In this document: positions 59,598 through 64,000 of the stretch, piece after piece
Numbering within the stretch: position 1 is the first letter of the stretch
Layout: the number at the start of each line of letters is the position of its first letter
The notes under the pieces: generated by a model
What the model was told of the DNA's origin: nothing
Databases searched by the model: none
What the model saw: only the letters and a program-made list of their open reading frames with translations
Program-made: the position numbers and the translations under genes
Assembly (NCBI GenBank): GCA_046563655.1
Contig: CM102290.1
Span: forward strand, 6,200,001-6,264,000
Length of the DNA: 64,000 bases
Origin: Yuukianura sp. NJ FZ-2021
Lineage: Eukaryota
Direction of reading: 5' to 3'

Positions 59598-59983
59598 AGA
59601 AAAAACAATTAAAGGAAAATCTTTTATTTATGTGTGAATTTGACATGCTGTCGCCGTAAGAATTGCGTACGTCTAGTCTTTTGTTTTTATGTTAGTCGTA
59701 AAAAACGTTTTCAGGTAGACAGACCAAGATGGAGTAGCCAGAAATGAGGCAGGGCTTCTGTCTGTTGGAACAACAGTTGGTCAAATTTAACACTGAAAGA
59801 GGTGGAGTCTGTTAGTAGTGAGATGTGGGAGGAGGAGGAGAGACGTAGAAATAGGTAGGACAAGTGAGGTTTTTGTTGTTGTAAGGACTGATATGAGTTG
59901 GAATGGAGTTGGTTTCGAGCAGCAGCAGCAGTTTCCGTTTGTCTCTCGTCAAGTCAACACTTGTACTTATTTTGGTACTAACA

Positions 59984-60462
59984 ATGGCATCAGATCAGAT
60001 GAGTAAGTGAATTTGATTGTTGTCTTTGGACAACTTTTGTTTTTTACTTTTTATGTGTATGTGTGGAACAAGTAGTAAACTGACAAAAAAACAAAAAAAA
60101 AACTAATTGTTTGTTGTTTTCCAAAACTAGAGGATGGAGGAGTTGGGGACTTGGATGTGACAGCATATGCTCCAGCAGATTCCATGTTTGATGACAAGAA
60201 GCGGTTGGCAGTATACAATCGGGATACGGTGTATGCAGGGAAGACCTATCATTGGATCTATTTTCGTCGCATGGATAAAACTGTCAACTTTGAAGTTAGT
60301 GCTGTCCCATACGTTTTGCGTCGTTTGGCAAATTTTTATTTGAGGGCGTCCGGAGGATCAGAGGAGCGTCAAGCAACTTTGCGAACTACTCTCAGCCAAT
60401 GTCTTGGTGACATTGACGCATTCAACATGGAACTCCAAGACGTTCCTCATGACGACAAGTAA
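59984..60462 (+). CDS. Small hypothetical protein, 2 exons (59984-60002, 60131-60462)
   Basis: A GTAAGT...TAG intron joins the ATG in frame to the 60151 ORF. Confidence 0.6.
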
Positions 60463-60582
60463 TTTATTTTTTCAAGAAAAAAAAATATAGATGTGTGTAA
60501 TATTTTTAACCCAATTTGGCTCAACTCTTTTGCAAAAATTAAAAGCATAACAGTACAACTTTTTTTTTTACTATTTTCATTG

Positions 60583-61119
60583 TTAAAATGGAGTACAACA
60601 TTGCTCAATTGTAGCTGACAATGAGGAGGAGGATGAGAAAAATTTTGTATTTCTATTTTTTAGTCGTTTTCTTACAAATTGCTTAACTAACCTATCATTT
60701 CGTTTTAAATTTGAATTGAAGTTACAGTAGATGCTCATGAGACAACAAGAATTGTAGAGTTTATACAAAAAGTAGATTGCGAATTCACCGCAAACTTGAG
60801 AGTTGTGGCTTTGGAGTGTTTTTACATTTTCTACAATTGGAGCTCCAAGTCGATTAGCAAAGTTTGTGAAGGATTTGTCATAAAAGTCAATCCCCATTCC
60901 ATATGAATCGATAAACTTGAGAGATGCTCTGGAATGTTCCCGAAATAGAGCCAACCAATGACTTCCAGGAGAAGTGGACGGATCCGAATTTACAACAAGG
61001 CATAGAGGATAACGTGAAACTGTAAGAAGAGTCAAATAATCACAAGGAAGGACGTGGAAGGTGGCCGAGTTACTTTTCAAAAAGTATGAAAGGTATTTTA
61101 AAATTTGACTCGTCTCCAT
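60583..61119 (-). CDS. Adenain-type (C5) maturation cysteine protease of Polinton
   Basis: VVNSDPSTSPGSHWLA, FIDSYG, LQ..SQVCG catalytic H/D/Q/C pattern. Confidence 0.9.
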   Translation of the reverse strand: METSQILKYLSYFLKSNSATFHVLPCDYLTLLTVSRYPLCLVVNSDPSTSPGSHWLALFREHSRASLKFIDSYGMGIDFYDKSFTNFANRLGAPIVENVKTLQSHNSQVCGEFAIYFLYKLYNSCCLMSIYCNFNSNLKRNDRLVKQFVRKRLKNRNTKFFSSSSSLSATIEQCCTPF

Positions 61120-61193
61120 TTCTGGCGGTGGTTCCAGAGTTAAACTCTTCCACGCGAGAGTTGTTGTTGTTGTTGTTGTTTTTTAGACTCTTC

Positions 61194-62564
61194 CTAGTTG
61201 CTACTACTCGTACTACTGTAGTCTTTCCAAAAGACGTTCTTGCTCGAGTCAATGTAGAGTACTGCTTGATATTCAGCATATACTAGGACAGTTATGGCCT
61301 TTGCTAGAGCTTTTTTAAATTTTAATTCAATTTTGACGTTTCCATGTCGTGGCGGAGCAAATCCTTCTCTGGTATGACGTAAGTTATAAATCATGAGGGG
61401 TTGATTTTTATACTCGGCTCGCGTCATATCAATTCCAACATCTTCGTTTGACATTCCAAGTCCGTAAAAAAGATTGTTGTAGAGTTGAATGTATTGGTCT
61501 CCGTCCCAATCCAAATGAAGAGGTAGACAAGAACTTTGTTCTCCATTGACTGTAACATTGAGATGATTTAGGTCAAAGTGAGAAAAGTTGTATGGATTAG
61601 AAGTTATGGTTCCCATGTAGTCTTCTGATTGTAAAAGTCCAATGATGATTCTATCTGGCAAGAGACCGCTTAATAAATTCTCGTTTATAGATTGAACACT
61701 ACCAGGTCCAATTGTATAAGTTTTAATTTCCACTCGTCGTAGAGGATATGTGATTGGTCGTCCAAGTTCCCATTCTTTAAAAATTGAAGTAACCAGAGAA
61801 GGTAGTAGGGTATGCTTTTGTATCAAAAGTCTTGCGTCCGAAATTTGAACTTGATATTTTCCAGTTGGGGTATTACTAATTAAACAAAATGTAGGAGAAG
61901 ATCGAAGGAAGCTAACACGTACATCAATTCCAGGAATCAAAAACTTGTTTTGAGAAAAAATATCTCCAAATGGACGTCCAATCAGTTCTATGCTTTTGCT
62001 ATTTTTTGTCAAATCAAAGCGAGTCTTGTACCCGTCTTCAGTAGTTGTACTTTTGTTGGAAGGATCCTTATCCTTGTAGTATAGTGCTCCTTGAGCTTGA
62101 GACTTTTTAAACTCTTTATTATAGCCAAGTAGCGTTTCAAGGTAGCTTCGATACGCATATTGATTAGATGATGGTGTAATGAGACTTTCATTGAGATGTA
62201 CACTTAGTTGTTGAAAGAGTGAGTGGAGAAAATTGTTTACAGGAGCAACAAGATCCTCTTCACCCAAAGCACTTCCATCTTCAGCAACAATTCGAGTTTT
62301 TAGATAAAGTTTTGTCTCTGACAAGTCTAAAAATTGTGTGTCATTCCCTTGAATATAAAATTCAATGGGTGCCATAGAGTCAGCCAATGAAGTAATTGAA
62401 TGGTACTCTGATTGAATTGTAGACAAGAGACTAACGTCAAAAGCTGGTTCTTCAAACAAATTTGTTTCCGATCTGACAAATGTATATGGAGAAATTGGTC
62501 CAACCCCTGATCCTCCATATCCTTTTGTAGTCTTTACCTTTGGCATTTTTTTTTGTTTCTCCAA
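61194..62564 (-). CDS. Polinton major capsid protein (double jelly-roll)
   Basis: PIEFYIQG..FLDLSET.L, PVNNFLHSLF, YAYRSYLETLL, LLPDRIIIG, NPYNF are typical of Polinton MCP; adjacent to the protease. Confidence 0.85.
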   Translation of the reverse strand: MEKQKKMPKVKTTKGYGGSGVGPISPYTFVRSETNLFEEPAFDVSLLSTIQSEYHSITSLADSMAPIEFYIQGNDTQFLDLSETKLYLKTRIVAEDGSALGEEDLVAPVNNFLHSLFQQLSVHLNESLITPSSNQYAYRSYLETLLGYNKEFKKSQAQGALYYKDKDPSNKSTTTEDGYKTRFDLTKNSKSIELIGRPFGDIFSQNKFLIPGIDVRVSFLRSSPTFCLISNTPTGKYQVQISDARLLIQKHTLLPSLVTSIFKEWELGRPITYPLRRVEIKTYTIGPGSVQSINENLLSGLLPDRIIIGLLQSEDYMGTITSNPYNFSHFDLNHLNVTVNGEQSSCLPLHLDWDGDQYIQLYNNLFYGLGMSNEDVGIDMTRAEYKNQPLMIYNLRHTREGFAPPRHGNVKIELKFKKALAKAITVLVYAEYQAVLYIDSSKNVFWKDYSSTSSSN

Positions 62565-62616
62565 ATTTGTTCGTTTTTCTCACCTCGAAAAAAGTCCAGA
62601 TTCCGGGTTAGGTTTT

Positions 62617-63312
62617 TTAGAAAATATATCTGATTCCAGTGGGTTTGTTGTTCTTTCGCGTTTTGGTTGCTCTTCGTTTTTTCCTCAAGTGTTGTTTCCG
62701 TTGTCGTCGTCGCAGCTGTAGCTTCTTCCTTCCTTTCCGTCTAGTAGTTCTTTTGGATTTTTGTTTTAACCTCCGTCTACTCTTCTTGACTCCTCGAATA
62801 CCTGATCCCGTCTGTTGATTCATAACGTCTCTTCCTACTCCTTTTAATGCTTCCCAACCATGTGATTTTAAAGAATTTTTAATTGATTGTCGATTAAAAA
62901 TTACGTCAGCTGCTACACTTTTTGCGGCAGATGCAGCGTGTGGTAAAATGTATTGTTTAACAAATGGTAACAAATGACGTGCAATTGTACCAAAAACACC
63001 TCCAAGCCCAGCTCCTAATTAAACCGGAATTTTTTTTAAACCCAAAAAAAAAAGAAGGAAGTTAAGAATATTTTTTTTTGTTTTTATTAATTTTTATTCT
63101 CTTCTTTTCGTTTTTTTTTCCTTTTTTGCCTAACCTTTTTGACGTCTAACTCCACTAAAGTAAAGTTGAGGAGAACCTCCTCCTCGCTGCTGCTGCTGCT
63201 GCTGTCCAACCTGATTCGAATGTAAATTTTGTTGAAAAAATGAATTAATAGGAAAGTCTCCAGCACAGTTGTATGGAAGAGTAGGTTGTGATGGCGGCAG
63301 CCTTGACCTCAT
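62617..63312 (-). CDS. Basic core/DNA-condensing-like Polinton protein, spliced (63312-63135 + 63014-62617; ~191 aa)
   Basis: A 120-bp GT-AG intron joins RRQKG|AGLGGVFG..LLPFVK; QxGxG motifs and an R/K-rich C-terminus. Confidence 0.72.
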
Positions 63313-64000
63313 GTCTTTTTTTCACGAAAGCGTAGTGTAGCCGTAAGGTTACCAAACTCGAATGGCATCCTCTCTCCCACTTCATTCATTATATACATAT
63401 GAATTGTGTCAAATTCTGATACTGCCAAATCCATGTAATGTGCATGAACAAATTCATGCGAGTGTTGCTTCCGGAATTTTCCTTCATAGTTTACTACTCG
63501 AAGAACCGGAGCCAGAGCATCTCCAATAAATTGCGGTCGAATTAAATTACAATAAACAAAAAGTTTTGTTTGTCCAGCATTCAAAAAGACTGGGTAAGCC
63601 CCTTCTCCTTCGTAGAGACGAAATCCATCTGCTGGCAAAGTTGGTCTTGCTTGGTTTGACAAGGACAATTCTCTTCCATAAAGTCCTAAAATATCAGCCA
63701 CTTTGGAACTAAATTTGATTGTTGTTCCATCCACAAGGGGTACACGATACTTGAAAATGTTTGCTTCAATTCGAAACGAGGAGTGTGGAAGTAGTTCATG
63801 TAAAAGATTTAATAATTGGTACTCTGTCATCAAACGCTTTGGAGCCTTCACTGCAATTTCAACTGCTTTTGGTGGAGATGAAGGACGTTGAAGGGTGCGG
63901 ATGTTGCTGTGAAAATTAGAAGAAGAGGTATTGGTTGAAGCAGCGGCAATTGCAGCAGAAGCTCGTCTCTGACGTTCACGAAACGAAATGCTCTTATCCT
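63309..64000 (-). CDS. Polinton minor capsid (penton), 5' part outside the window
   Basis: FVYCNLIRPQFIGD..APVLRVV...GERMPF..G...TLRF; frame open to the window edge; stop overlaps the next ATG (ATGA). Confidence 0.78.
   Translation of the reverse strand, partial: DKSISFRERQRRASAAIAAASTNTSSSNFHSNIRTLQRPSSPPKAVEIAVKAPKRLMTEYQLLNLLHELLPHSSFRIEANIFKYRVPLVDGTTIKFSSKVADILGLYGRELSLSNQARPTLPADGFRLYEGEGAYPVFLNAGQTKLFVYCNLIRPQFIGDALAPVLRVVNYEGKFRKQHSHEFVHAHYMDLAVSEFDTIHMYIMNEVGERMPFEFGNLTATLRFREKKT

Larger units (their letters stand above)
54254..64000. mobile_element. Polinton/Maverick-like (adintovirus-like) element, left part; left boundary tentative
   Basis: Protease, major capsid, core and penton cluster. 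AGTAGGTAG at 54254 resembles Polinton AG-termini. pPolB, integrase, ATPase and the right TIR are not in the window. Confidence 0.7.

Overview
Eukaryotic (probably arthropod) heterochromatic/centromere-like window with no ordinary host genes. A ~543-bp satellite array (1-7982, 17427-25949, 45888-52647) is interrupted by two env-bearing Ty3/Gypsy elements. Element 1 (7983-17426) is 5'-truncated, has a frameshifted env and carries a nested 1.35-kb ORF1-only LINE-like insert (poly-A, 16-bp TSD). Element 2 (25950-45887, 19.9 kb) is complete and very young: near-identical 1.09-kb LTRs, GAAA TSD and a tRNA-Arg PBS. It looks like a 'giant' complex invertebrate retrovirus with 10 intact sense ORFs: a membrane-type matrix metalloprotease, gag, pol, three F-box-like paralogues, env, an orphan, a dUTPase-like gene and an Rrp6/RNase D-like gene. 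Most of these ORFs are preceded by splice acceptors. The satellite monomer itself appears to contain a decayed Gypsy integrase fragment. The array ends in a BEL/Pao integrase remnant split by a solo LTR, followed by a Polinton/Maverick-like element that runs off the window (intron-containing RING and F-box/LRR genes, adenain protease, major capsid, spliced basic core protein, penton). All family assignments come from reading motifs by eye; no database searches were run.
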